Positions 54,289 to 64,000 of a stretch of DNA of 64,000 bases are shown here, piece after piece (position 1 is the stretch's first letter; the number at the start of each line of letters is the position of its first letter). The DNA is from a virus, in IMG/VR virus record IMGVR_UViG_3300022701_000122, positions 118,758 through 182,757 of that record. One strand, 5' to 3'. Below the pieces are notes generated by a model. That model ran no database searches. It had not been told where the DNA came from and was given only the letters and a program-made list of their open reading frames with translations. The translations under genes and the position numbers were made by a program.

Positions 54289-55152
54289 ATGACAGATGAA
54301 AACTTGACTAATTTAGTTGGAGACAGACAAGAAGGACCAATTAGCATTCATTTAGAATCTGAGAAAGTGTCATGTTTACTTAACACTTTTAGTAGATTAG
54401 CAAAAGTGTGCCATGATGTGGAAATAATAAATGGTGAAATATGTCAACATACTAATTCAAAAACTGCAATATTTAATATTGATTTATCAAATATAATAGG
54501 AAATATATCTATAGATATGATATCATTGCAGGGTAAAGTAGATCTGTTAGATCCATTCAAGAAACAAAAAGTAGATATGGATCTTGAAATAACTGAAACT
54601 AAACATACGTTTAAAGATGATTATTCTCAAATAGTATTTATTAATCCAGTAAAAGAATATTTAAACAATAGATTTATATCAGAAACTGATAGAGATAATA
54701 GATATATTGTATTCGATCCAAATCAACCAATATTTGAAGTAGAGATACAAAGATTTCTCATCAATAGAATGGATGCATTAGGAAGGGGATTAGATTCAAC
54801 ATTTTTACAACTTGAATTCACTGGTGATAAATGTGATCTAATTGTATGTCCAGTGGGAGATGCTTCTGCATCAACAATCGGCAAAATATTAACTATTGAT
54901 TTGGATATAGAAACAACTGGAACAACTGTATTCCCACTTGATCCATTCATACTTGGATTTGATGAAATAAGTGTAAAATGTTATAAATTATCAACATTCA
55001 CAGAAGCAAATAGGTTTTCGAGAGATGGTATGACATGTATCGATTCATTAATAATGGTTCTCGAAACTGAAACTGATAATGTTGAATATAAAATATATTG
55101 TTATGGTAACTTAATAGTTCCGAATGATATGGTTCCACAAATAAATCAATAA
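54289..55152 (+). CDS. Possible DNA sliding clamp
   Basis: Size, acidity, two repeated beta-alpha-like domains and replication context; no definitive motif. Confidence 0.4.
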   Translation: MTDENLTNLVGDRQEGPISIHLESEKVSCLLNTFSRLAKVCHDVEIINGEICQHTNSKTAIFNIDLSNIIGNISIDMISLQGKVDLLDPFKKQKVDMDLEITETKHTFKDDYSQIVFINPVKEYLNNRFISETDRDNRYIVFDPNQPIFEVEIQRFLINRMDALGRGLDSTFLQLEFTGDKCDLIVCPVGDASASTIGKILTIDLDIETTGTTVFPLDPFILGFDEISVKCYKLSTFTEANRFSRDGMTCIDSLIMVLETETDNVEYKIYCYGNLIVPNDMVPQINQ

Positions 55153-55174
55153 ATATCAATAATTTTTGAATATG

Positions 55175-55212
55175 AACGGTTTATATGATCTTATTCATAT
55201 AAACCGTTTTTT
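55175..55212 (+). terminator. Rho-independent terminator
   Basis: AACGGTTTATATGA / TCATATAAACCGTT plus T tract. Confidence 0.75.
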
Positions 55213-55229
55213 GTTTTATAGGTGATTAT

Positions 55230-55832
55230 ATGAATGAAATCATATCAAAATTATTAAAGGATACTTATGTTGATAATAGAATTGGAATAATTAAATTTAT
55301 TGAAAATCAAGGAAAATACAAATTAGTTTCACTAACTAATATTTTATGTGAAACTAATTTTTTAGAAAGATTAAGAAAAGATGGAAATTTTGATGAGTAT
55401 TTTAAACGTGGTGAATATCTTACTACATTTTTAAATGATGAATTAAAAAAATTCTTTTTAGAAGAGTTGAATATTAAATATAATGATATATTGGATTTAA
55501 AATATATACAATTTGAAAAATTTAATAGTATTAAACTTGAGTGTGATCAAGTCTATATTCCAAAACCATTAAATTTATATACATTTATCTTATCGAATGG
55601 AATATTTTTATCATCAGATGAATTTAATAAAAATAAATATAATATAATTATGGAAAATAGTATAACGACAGATATATTTAATATGGAGTATTATATTTAT
55701 GAAAATATTATGGTATTTGTAGCATTTCATCCAGATTCTAAAAGAAAGACAATAACTTTTAATATTTGCCCTATTTTTTCAAAATTTATTAGAATATTTG
55801 ATATCATTAATAGTAGAGGATTTATGTTATGA
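55230..55832 (+). CDS. Hypothetical protein, C-terminal motif family
   Basis: NLYTFILSNG; ends FDIINSRGFML. Confidence 0.7.
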   Translation: MNEIISKLLKDTYVDNRIGIIKFIENQGKYKLVSLTNILCETNFLERLRKDGNFDEYFKRGEYLTTFLNDELKKFFLEELNIKYNDILDLKYIQFEKFNSIKLECDQVYIPKPLNLYTFILSNGIFLSSDEFNKNKYNIIMENSITTDIFNMEYYIYENIMVFVAFHPDSKRKTITFNICPIFSKFIRIFDIINSRGFML

Positions 55833-56335
55833 ATTTATCGAAATTAATACAAGATGAAATATTTTTCAAAAAATATGATGAATTATTAGACTATATTAAT
55901 GATAAATATAGTGATAAAAAATACACTTTTAATGGTAAAGTTAAATTACATGAAAAAATAAGAAAATATGTTACTGAATATTTAAGAAAGTATAATAGGA
56001 ATAATATTAAATATATAGATTATAGAATATCATTTGGTTCTAAACCATTAGTAAAAAACATTTATATAATTCCATCAAATTTATATAGTGCATTAAATAT
56101 AAAATTTGGTATATTTATAGATTATCATTATTTTAAATCTATGATAAATAAATTTAAACCAACCGAATTTAAATTTACAAATATATATGTATATAAGAAT
56201 GAATTAGGAGAATTTTTTGATGGTCATTTAAGTGGAAATAATGGTTTAGTTTTTGATTATACATTGAATTATGATCTATATATTGGAGTAGAAAAGATAT
56301 ATGATGTCTTGTCAGAGAAAGGATATATATTATGA
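55829..56335 (+). CDS. Hypothetical protein, C-terminal motif family
   Basis: SNLYSAL; ends YDVLSEKGYIL. Confidence 0.7.
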   Translation: MNLSKLIQDEIFFKKYDELLDYINDKYSDKKYTFNGKVKLHEKIRKYVTEYLRKYNRNNIKYIDYRISFGSKPLVKNIYIIPSNLYSALNIKFGIFIDYHYFKSMINKFKPTEFKFTNIYVYKNELGEFFDGHLSGNNGLVFDYTLNYDLYIGVEKIYDVLSEKGYIL

Positions 56336-56862
56336 TGAGTTATTTGAATATAAGAAGGGTTATAGATGAAACTAATAATATAATCCAAAAAGATATAAAT
56401 AATATAAGATTAAGATTTAAATTTATATTTGATGAACGAAAAATTGATACTAAATTTATAGAAGAAAATCATAAAAATTTTGAAAGAGAAGTTAAAAAGT
56501 ATCTAATTAAGCATGGTGCAACTATAGATAAAATTGATTTTGATGTTATGAATAGATCAATTCATATAAATTATAATAATAATAGATTATTGGCACCATC
56601 TATACATGACCCACGAAACTTTTATACATATATTTGTGTTAATGGTTATATATTACCATATAGAGAATATTTAGAAAAATTGCAACATAGATATACATAT
56701 AAAAATGAAAAGTATATATCCAGTAAAGCTATACATTCCGATATATTTGCATATTATATAAATCCAGTCAGTACATTTACAAAAAATATTCTTTCAACTA
56801 TACTTATCTATGATTTTAACAGAATAATTATTAAGTTAACCAACATCAATTTTTTCATTTAA
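56332..56862 (+). CDS. Hypothetical protein, paralog of the upstream pair
   Basis: RNFYTYICVNG. Confidence 0.65.
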   Translation: MMSYLNIRRVIDETNNIIQKDINNIRLRFKFIFDERKIDTKFIEENHKNFEREVKKYLIKHGATIDKIDFDVMNRSIHINYNNNRLLAPSIHDPRNFYTYICVNGYILPYREYLEKLQHRYTYKNEKYISSKAIHSDIFAYYINPVSTFTKNILSTILIYDFNRIIIKLTNINFFI

Positions 56863-56879
56863 GATAAAAAGGAGAAATC

Positions 56880-57596
56880 ATGAATGAATTAAATGAAAAT
56901 CCATCATCAACAGATGTTTTAGATCCACAATATCCATTGATGATAAAATTGAAAGAAAAGGCACCAGGAACTCATGCTCATTGTAAAAAAGTATCGTCTT
57001 TATTAATAACACTTGGTAATGAGTTTAAACTCGATACTCACAAATTGGAAATAGCTGGAATGTATCATGATATTGGTAAAACAGTCGATCCAAAATATTT
57101 CAGCGAAAATCAAAGAGAAGATGATAAGAATCCCCATGATACGCTTGATCCGTGGATGTCAAAAAAGATAATAACAACTCATGTATCAGATACAGCAATA
57201 ATTCTTCTTCCAGATAATAATATACCAAGAGATGTTATACAGTGGTGTTGTCAACATCATGGGACGAGATTATTGAAAATATTTTATGATCGTAGTAAGA
57301 GCAAAAATGAAGATGATTACAGATATAAAACACAAAGACCACGATCAATCGAAGCTGGTCTTTTAATGCTTTGTGACACAGTAGAAGCAAGATTTAAATC
57401 TGAATTTAGTTCTTCAGAATATGATCACGAAACATTATTTGATGAAATATTTAATGAAATAGTTGCAGATGAGCAATTCGATTATGTAACTATGTCATTT
57501 TATCAACAAAGAAAATTAAGAGAAATCATGATTGAAGAAATGAAGAGTGAGCATCATAAAAGAGTAAAATATGAAGAAAACGGTAACGGAAATTAA
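56880..57596 (+). CDS. Stand-alone HD-domain phosphodiesterase, PgpH (7TM-HD) type
   Basis: APGTHAH, YHDIGKT..P.YFSENQ, NPHD, THV, QHHGT.LL..FY, YRY..P, LMLCDTVEA. Confidence 0.88.
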   Translation: MNELNENPSSTDVLDPQYPLMIKLKEKAPGTHAHCKKVSSLLITLGNEFKLDTHKLEIAGMYHDIGKTVDPKYFSENQREDDKNPHDTLDPWMSKKIITTHVSDTAIILLPDNNIPRDVIQWCCQHHGTRLLKIFYDRSKSKNEDDYRYKTQRPRSIEAGLLMLCDTVEARFKSEFSSSEYDHETLFDEIFNEIVADEQFDYVTMSFYQQRKLREIMIEEMKSEHHKRVKYEENGNGN

Positions 57597-57599
57597 TCA

Positions 57600-57611
57600 T
57601 ATATATTAAAT
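57600..57611 (+). promoter_or_regulatory. TATATATTAAAT candidate promoter
   Basis: Exact copy immediately after a stop codon. Confidence 0.55.
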
Positions 57612-57692
57612 AGTAATAAGTAATTGTTGTGTAAATTTTTTACGCAACGGATTTGTTATGTTAATTAATTTTTATTAGAAAGGAGTATTTTA

Positions 57693-58259
57693 ATGGAACA
57701 CTCAGAAAAAGAATCTCCCCAAAAGAGAAAACTAAGAAATGAGGCTGGTGTTGAAAAAATCAAATTTTATGATATGCGATGTGATATCATTGGTACATTC
57801 GGCATGATATGTGTAATGTATGATAAAAGTGAAAACATTGTATCTTCGGGAATTGCAATTACATCTCTCGAAGATCATTTCGTGAGAAAAGAAGGAAAAC
57901 ATAAATCGTTTATGAGAGCAATGAAAGCTGCTCTTAGCGAGAAGACATCGGAAGAAATGGTTCCTATTTTCGAACGCAAGAATTCGGGGAAACCGAAATT
58001 GGTCAAGAGAAAAATCAAGTTGGATAAAGATCCATATCTGATATATGATAAACTTGATGCCATTGCTTCATCATACAATGAAGCAGGAGAAGATCACAAA
58101 TATACATTTGCAAGATTTTATAGATCGTTAACTGTCGATCTTACTCTTGCTTCGCTGGCAACAAGATTCAAATCACATTATAAACCAATTGTTATTTTCA
58201 AAAATCCAGATGAAGAATATCGGGATTTAAACATTGAAATAATTGAATCGAAACGATAA
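57693..58259 (+). CDS. Hypothetical phage protein
   Basis: AAGGAG SD; GIAITSLEDHFVRKEGK..S..RA. Confidence 0.75.
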   Translation: MEHSEKESPQKRKLRNEAGVEKIKFYDMRCDIIGTFGMICVMYDKSENIVSSGIAITSLEDHFVRKEGKHKSFMRAMKAALSEKTSEEMVPIFERKNSGKPKLVKRKIKLDKDPYLIYDKLDAIASSYNEAGEDHKYTFARFYRSLTVDLTLASLATRFKSHYKPIVIFKNPDEEYRDLNIEIIESKR

Positions 58260-58372
58260 AAAATATATGACTGAGCGTTTTGCAAGAGTGGAGAATATCT
58301 CGTACTTTTGCAAAACACTCAAAAATATTAATTAATTTAAATTTTTTTAAATAATCAAAAAGGACATACCTT

Positions 58373-59416
58373 ATGAATTCGTCAACCAGAGAAAAATTCA
58401 TTTTCACAGCAGATATCCATTTAAAGATGTGGAATGATAAAAAAAGTAATGATGATGGTATACCACTTAGATTAATAGAAACAATTGATACAATCGATCA
58501 TATGTGTAATTATGCTTTAAATAACGATATTCCAAAGTTAGTAATAGGTGGTGATATAAATGATCTTAAAAATACCATTCATACAAGAGCTTTTGATTAT
58601 TTTAGACGTAAAGTGCTACTTAAGTATAGAAGTATACATTTTGTGTTACTTCATGGGAATCATGACATTGGATCGAATGTTGAAAATGAATCTTCTATAA
58701 ATTTGTTAAGTGGTTACGGAAATGTTTCATCTATAACTGAACCATTCTTCACTGATAATATAATGTATATTCCACATTCTAAAAATATTATAAATCATAT
58801 AGAAAATTCATCACCAGCAGATATATTAATATCTCATTTTGGTTTATCAGATGCACATTTAGCATCTGGAATATCATTAAAAACTAATATATCGATGGGC
58901 GATTTATCAAAATTTAAATTAGTATTACTTGGTCATTATCATACTCCTCAGAAAATAGAAAATGATACTACTAAATTATATTATGTTGGTTCCCCTATAC
59001 CACTTCGTCGTGATGAGCATGGAGAAACAAAAAGATTTCTCGTTATAGATCCAGATGATTTATCAGTAGAAAGTGTGGAAACAAAAGGGTATAGGAAGTA
59101 TTATAATTTTATAATTGATGAATCATCAAAGAGTAATCTTAAGACAATGTTGGAAAATATAGAAAAGAGGAAAAAAGAGGGGCATCATGTAATCGTTAGA
59201 AATAAACTCAAAGAAGTTCCAAAAGAATTGGATACTTCTAAAGAAGATATTGTATTATTAGATGAATATGAAGAAGAATACGAAATACGTGGAATAACAT
59301 CTAATATGCAAATTAAAGATCAAATGAAAAAATGGCTTGAAATAGAAAATGTTCCAGAGCGGGATAGAAAAAAATACATGAAAGTTGGATTAAAAGCTAT
59401 AGGGGGTAATCAATAA
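58373..59416 (+). CDS. Mre11/SbcD-like (T4 gp47-like) nuclease
   Basis: TADIH, GGDIND, HGNHD, SHFG, LGHYH, YVGSP. Confidence 0.93.
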   Translation: MNSSTREKFIFTADIHLKMWNDKKSNDDGIPLRLIETIDTIDHMCNYALNNDIPKLVIGGDINDLKNTIHTRAFDYFRRKVLLKYRSIHFVLLHGNHDIGSNVENESSINLLSGYGNVSSITEPFFTDNIMYIPHSKNIINHIENSSPADILISHFGLSDAHLASGISLKTNISMGDLSKFKLVLLGHYHTPQKIENDTTKLYYVGSPIPLRRDEHGETKRFLVIDPDDLSVESVETKGYRKYYNFIIDESSKSNLKTMLENIEKRKKEGHHVIVRNKLKEVPKELDTSKEDIVLLDEYEEEYEIRGITSNMQIKDQMKKWLEIENVPERDRKKYMKVGLKAIGGNQ

Positions 59417-61779
59417 TGAGACAAGTAATATTCAAAAAAATAGAAATGCATAATTTCAAATGTTTCGAACATATAGATTTCGAATTTACACCGAATAGAT
59501 TCGTTATTGTTCAAGGGAATAATGGGCAAGGAAAAACAACATTATGTTGTGATGGTATAGTATATGCACTATATGGCAAAACAACCAAGAATATAAAAGC
59601 AGATGATGTAATACGAATAAGAAGTGGTAAAAATACATATGTTAAATTGACGTTTAGTATAGATGACGATGAATATAGAGTAGAACGATACAGAAAACAT
59701 AAAGTTTATAAAAATGAATTCTTAATATATAAAGATAATGGTAAAACTCCAGTTGATGTATCTATTGAAGACATATTAATGCCATTTAATATATTTATAA
59801 ACTGTTTAATGTTCTCTCAGTTTATAAAGAAATCTTTTACTGAAGAAACAGATGGAAATCAGAAAAAGATTTTTGATATGATGTTAAATTTGGATGCATA
59901 TGAAGAATATAGACAATCTATAAAAAATAAAGAAGATGAATTAAGTAAGAATAAAATACCAACTATATCATCTGAAATAGAATTTAATGAAAAATATTTA
60001 AATACCAGAAATGCAGAATTAGAAAATATTCGTAAATCTGAACAATCAGAAAAAGATAATCATGACAAATCGGTAGAAGATATAAATAAAGAAATAAAAC
60101 AATTATTAGATAAAAAATCAAAATTTGAAGCCGAATTAAAAACTCATGATATTAAAGATATAAAACGACAGTTAACCCAATATGAAATAGATCATACAAC
60201 TCTTAAAAACAAAATAGAGAGTAAACAAAGGGAATATAATCAAGATATAAATCTTATACGTCAGAAAATAGAATCAGATAAAAATAATGAGTTAAATCGA
60301 CAATTAAGAGATATAACTGATAAAATAAATCAATTGAATAATAAATTATCAAATCTTGATATCTCATTTAATAATAATAGATCTGGTATCGAAAATGAAA
60401 ATCAAAAAGCTAAATCTAAATATCTATTTGATAAATCAAATATAGATGAAGAATTTAATAGACAAGTAGAACCTGTTAGAGAACGACTTCAGACATATTC
60501 AATGGAATTATCTAATTTATCAGATAAAAAAGTTGAGATAATGGAATCGATGAAAACCGTAAATGATAGATTAAAAACTATGACTGATGGATTGAATAAA
60601 GATGATCCAACGTGTTATGCATGTGGTCAAAATTTATCTGATGAATATAGTAAATCTCAAATATTATCTGAAGTAAATAATATGAAAACAGAACTTAAAA
60701 GATTGAAACAAAATCTTGATAATATCGAAAGTTCATCTGAAAATTATGGAAAAGAAATAGATAAAGAATCTCAAAATATGGATAATATAAACAAATCAAA
60801 ATCTGAAAAGATGGAACTGCTTGAAGATTGGAAAGTAAATGTTAAACATTCTCTAATATATAGATTAGATAATATAACAACTGAATATCAGAGAGATAGA
60901 GAAGCATTAAATAATAAATTATCTGATTTAAATAATGATAAAACTAAAATAGAATTAACATTAGAAAATAAATACAAAAATAAATTGAATGATCTGATAG
61001 ATAGAGAAACAAAAAGACATAATGATGAAATTAATGATATAAATGATAGAATTGAAGTAGTTGGATCTATAATTTTAGAATTAACCACAACTCTTGATTT
61101 ATTAAATCAATTAGCAAATAATTTTAATGAATGCGTTAAAGAAATCGAAATGTATGAAGCCAGACTCAGAATAATGAATGAAAATAGAAAATTAAATAAA
61201 GAAAAATATGATGAATCTGTTAAAAATATACAATCTTCTATATTGAATATATCGACTAAAATAGATATTAACAATCAAGAGTTGAATAAGATAAAGACGG
61301 ATATAGAAATATTGAAATTCTGGAAAAATGCATTTTCATCTACTGGAATTAAAGCTGTTCTTCTCGATGAATCTATACCTATCATTAATTCTCGTGCGTC
61401 TGAATTATCTGAAATGACTGATAATTTAAGAGTAAGATTTAGTTCCCAAAGTCAATTAAAATCTGGAGAAATGAGAAATAAATTTTCGGTTAATTGTATT
61501 CATACTGAACATTTAACAGATTCAAGGGATTGTTTTTCTGGAGGCGAAGGTCGATTAATTGATATCATAACATTATTATCATTACGACATCTTCTTGAAC
61601 ACATGACAAATACACATTTCAATATAATCATAATGGATGAAATTTTAGACGCATTAGATCCAAAAAATGTTGACATTGTGATAAATATGTTGAATACATT
61701 ATCTAATGATTATATTGTTTTGTTAATTTCACATACATTAAGAGATACTGTTGAGGCGAATGAAATATTAACAGTTTAA
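59416..61779 (+). CDS. Rad50/SbcC-like (T4 gp46-like) ATPase
   Basis: GNNGQGKTT, coiled coil, Zn-hook CYAC, FSGGE, IMDEILDALD. Confidence 0.95.
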   Translation: MRQVIFKKIEMHNFKCFEHIDFEFTPNRFVIVQGNNGQGKTTLCCDGIVYALYGKTTKNIKADDVIRIRSGKNTYVKLTFSIDDDEYRVERYRKHKVYKNEFLIYKDNGKTPVDVSIEDILMPFNIFINCLMFSQFIKKSFTEETDGNQKKIFDMMLNLDAYEEYRQSIKNKEDELSKNKIPTISSEIEFNEKYLNTRNAELENIRKSEQSEKDNHDKSVEDINKEIKQLLDKKSKFEAELKTHDIKDIKRQLTQYEIDHTTLKNKIESKQREYNQDINLIRQKIESDKNNELNRQLRDITDKINQLNNKLSNLDISFNNNRSGIENENQKAKSKYLFDKSNIDEEFNRQVEPVRERLQTYSMELSNLSDKKVEIMESMKTVNDRLKTMTDGLNKDDPTCYACGQNLSDEYSKSQILSEVNNMKTELKRLKQNLDNIESSSENYGKEIDKESQNMDNINKSKSEKMELLEDWKVNVKHSLIYRLDNITTEYQRDREALNNKLSDLNNDKTKIELTLENKYKNKLNDLIDRETKRHNDEINDINDRIEVVGSIILELTTTLDLLNQLANNFNECVKEIEMYEARLRIMNENRKLNKEKYDESVKNIQSSILNISTKIDINNQELNKIKTDIEILKFWKNAFSSTGIKAVLLDESIPIINSRASELSEMTDNLRVRFSSQSQLKSGEMRNKFSVNCIHTEHLTDSRDCFSGGEGRLIDIITLLSLRHLLEHMTNTHFNIIIMDEILDALDPKNVDIVINMLNTLSNDYIVLLISHTLRDTVEANEILTV

Positions 61780-61786
61780 GAGGGAG

Positions 61787-62209
61787 GTGTATGGTATGGG
61801 AAGAATAATGACAAACATTCCATTTGGTATAGTTCCAGAAACAAAAGAAGCGTGTAAGATTTTATATGATGCTTTGGGTAAATTTATAAAATCTATAAAT
61901 CCATATATACTCGGTGATACAACTCACGGTGATCCTTCAAATCCAGATACAGAATATGTTAAAGAAGATGTTGTTGCTGGAAAACTCGTTGGATTTAAAG
62001 TTAAAGATCGAAAAATATTAATTGATGTGGAATTTATACGTTCTGCGATAACAGTAGGACAAACAGCAAAAGAAATAGATGATCGCATGAAAAATATTGA
62101 TTACGATATATTGCCAGTTGGAGATGTTGAACATGATGAAGATGGTAATATAACAAGCTTGGATATTAAGTATCTGCATATCCACGGAGGGTTATTCGAA
62201 TGGACATAG
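61787..62209 (+). CDS. Hypothetical protein
   Basis: GGAGGT SD. Confidence 0.7.
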   Translation: MYGMGRIMTNIPFGIVPETKEACKILYDALGKFIKSINPYILGDTTHGDPSNPDTEYVKEDVVAGKLVGFKVKDRKILIDVEFIRSAITVGQTAKEIDDRMKNIDYDILPVGDVEHDEDGNITSLDIKYLHIHGGLFEWT

Positions 62210-63906
62210 ATAGCTTTTTCCCATTTGAATCATATAGAGATAACCAGAAAGAGTGTATTATTGATATACTCGAACAATTTGAAGATGGTTATAAATTTTA
62301 TGTTCTTGAAGCTTCAACTGGATTGGGTAAATCTGGAGTTGGTTATACTGTTGCAAAATTTATGTTAAATGATACAAGTAATGGTAATATGAAAATGAAT
62401 GGTTCTTATGGACCACCTATTATCATATGTACATCTACGAAAAATTTGCAACAACAATATATTAATGAATTTGATGACGTTAGACGAATATGGTCTGCTT
62501 CAAACTATTCTTGTAATTTGTATGCAGAAATAGGCCAATATGATGCAATAAATGAAGAAATGTATTATGGATCACCATTATGCTTAAAAGATAAATGTCA
62601 ATACTTTATTGAATGTAATTACAGAGTCGATAAAAAGAGATTTATGGATTCTAAAATAGGAATATTGAATTACTACTATTATTTGCATTCAAGAGAATTT
62701 GCTCCAACATTATTAATATGTGATGAAGCTCATAATTTAGAAAATATTTTATGTTCAGTTATAGCAGTCACAATATCTAAAATGAATTTAAGCAGTATAT
62801 TAAAAACTGCAAACAGTATGGATATACGTGATTATACGGACGATGATATTGACGATACTATAGATAGTGTATTTGGTATTAAATCATTGCAGGATGAAGC
62901 AGATAAAACTATATTAATATTATTAGCAGATGAATTATTAGATATTGCTAATCATACAGAAAAATTAATAAAAGGAATAAAAGATAAAATAGAAATAGCT
63001 CAAAGTAATAAGATCGATCATATTGTTCAAACAAGATTAAACAAATTATCGAGTTTATACAGAAGAGCAGATAATCTCTACGAAAAAATAAATGATTTCA
63101 TATCAAGCGAAGCAAGATGGATAATATCAGAATGTAATGATAATAGATTAGTATTAAAGCCACTTGATTTATCAGAAATATCTGAAGCATTTACTAAAGT
63201 TCCTAAAAATATGATATTTATGAGTGCAACTATATGTGGCCATAAAGAATTTTGTAGAGAATTGGGTATAATGGAAGATGAATTCAAAGGGATATCTATA
63301 TCATCTCCAATACCAATTGAGAATAGAGGGATATATTCATTTAATCTTGGACCATTGAATAGTAAGAATATAGATGCATTATTTCCAGATTTTGTAAAAA
63401 TGATAGATAAATTGTTGGATAAAATGGAAAATGATAAAGGTGAGAGTAGGGGTATAATACATAGTGTATCATATAAAAATGCACAGAAAATAATTGAACA
63501 TTCTAAACATAAAAGTAGAATGATAATACCCAATGGTGATGAATTACTTGATGTGAATACATTATTACGAAAATCTGATAATACAATATTAGTTTCACCA
63601 AGGATGACTGAAGGCATTGATTTAGTTGGTGATTTATCGAGATTTCAATTCTTTCCAAAAGTACCTTACCCGTATCTCGGTGATAGATGGGTAAAAGAAA
63701 AATTGAAACAAAGTCAAGCATGGTATGCACGACAAACAGTTATAAAGATCATACAGGGTGCTGGTAGATCAATACGATCTGAGGAAGATTGGGCATATAC
63801 ATTTATATTAGATTTAGCATTTAGAAATCTAATATCGCAAAATAGACATATGTTTCCACTATGGTTTTATGAAGCAATAAAATACATAAACATTAATAGC
63901 ATATGA
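62200..63906 (+). CDS. DinG/XPD-family helicase with Fe-S cysteines
   Basis: EASTGLGKS, C..C..C..C cluster, DEAH, MSAT, EGIDL, QGAGRSIR. Confidence 0.92.
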   Translation: MDIDSFFPFESYRDNQKECIIDILEQFEDGYKFYVLEASTGLGKSGVGYTVAKFMLNDTSNGNMKMNGSYGPPIIICTSTKNLQQQYINEFDDVRRIWSASNYSCNLYAEIGQYDAINEEMYYGSPLCLKDKCQYFIECNYRVDKKRFMDSKIGILNYYYYLHSREFAPTLLICDEAHNLENILCSVIAVTISKMNLSSILKTANSMDIRDYTDDDIDDTIDSVFGIKSLQDEADKTILILLADELLDIANHTEKLIKGIKDKIEIAQSNKIDHIVQTRLNKLSSLYRRADNLYEKINDFISSEARWIISECNDNRLVLKPLDLSEISEAFTKVPKNMIFMSATICGHKEFCRELGIMEDEFKGISISSPIPIENRGIYSFNLGPLNSKNIDALFPDFVKMIDKLLDKMENDKGESRGIIHSVSYKNAQKIIEHSKHKSRMIIPNGDELLDVNTLLRKSDNTILVSPRMTEGIDLVGDLSRFQFFPKVPYPYLGDRWVKEKLKQSQAWYARQTVIKIIQGAGRSIRSEEDWAYTFILDLAFRNLISQNRHMFPLWFYEAIKYININSI

Positions 63907-63909
63907 TTA

Positions 63910-63921
63910 TATATATTAAAT
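63910..63921 (+). promoter_or_regulatory. TATATATTAAAT candidate promoter
   Basis: Exact copy after the helicase stop. Confidence 0.55.
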
Positions 63922-64000
63922 ATCAACAGATGAATTTGTTATAGTTGAATATATATATATATTTAATTATAACAAATACTTTATTTTAATTTATGTTTTT

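Noticed and set aside
349-63730. Minus-strand ORFs in the ORF track
   Set aside because: They are short antisense shadows of + strand genes, lack SDs and have F/L/I-rich composition typical of reverse-read AT DNA. 44914..45168 is better explained by the + strand ORF 44972..45124.

Overview
This is a 64-kb segment of a very AT-rich jumbo phage genome. Essentially all real genes are on the + strand, in the standard genetic code. Transcription genes: a multisubunit RNA polymerase whose beta-prime subunit is split into two genes (the second carries an atypical mini-intein at the catalytic DFDGD motif), plus a single beta gene with an N-terminal extension. The second beta-prime gene and the beta gene are each followed by a 23-aa-repeat PD-(D/E)XK endonuclease. 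Replication and recombination genes: type II topoisomerase B and A, SF2 and DinG helicases, Mre11/Rad50, a probable clamp and a Whirly-like SSB. There are seven tRNAs. The most striking items are: (1) a family of unrelated proteins sharing a 10-aa N-terminal tag, M(F/Y)ISE(Q/E)Y(L/I)xE, which resembles a capsid-targeting/prohead-cleavage peptide; one tagged protein is a DsrC homologue lacking both redox cysteines, which points to a sulfate-reducing host and a possible packaged inhibitor of sulfite respiration; (2) a ~2.3-kb non-coding island of back-to-back RNA units closed by long stems, inside the tRNA cluster; (3) about 30 small ORFs sharing a C-terminal motif; (4) a soluble PgpH-type HD phosphodiesterase, tandem sulfotransferases, a QueD fusion and a KhpA-like protein; (5) a recurring intergenic 12-mer, TATATATTAAAT. 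All family assignments come from motif recognition by eye; no database searches were run.
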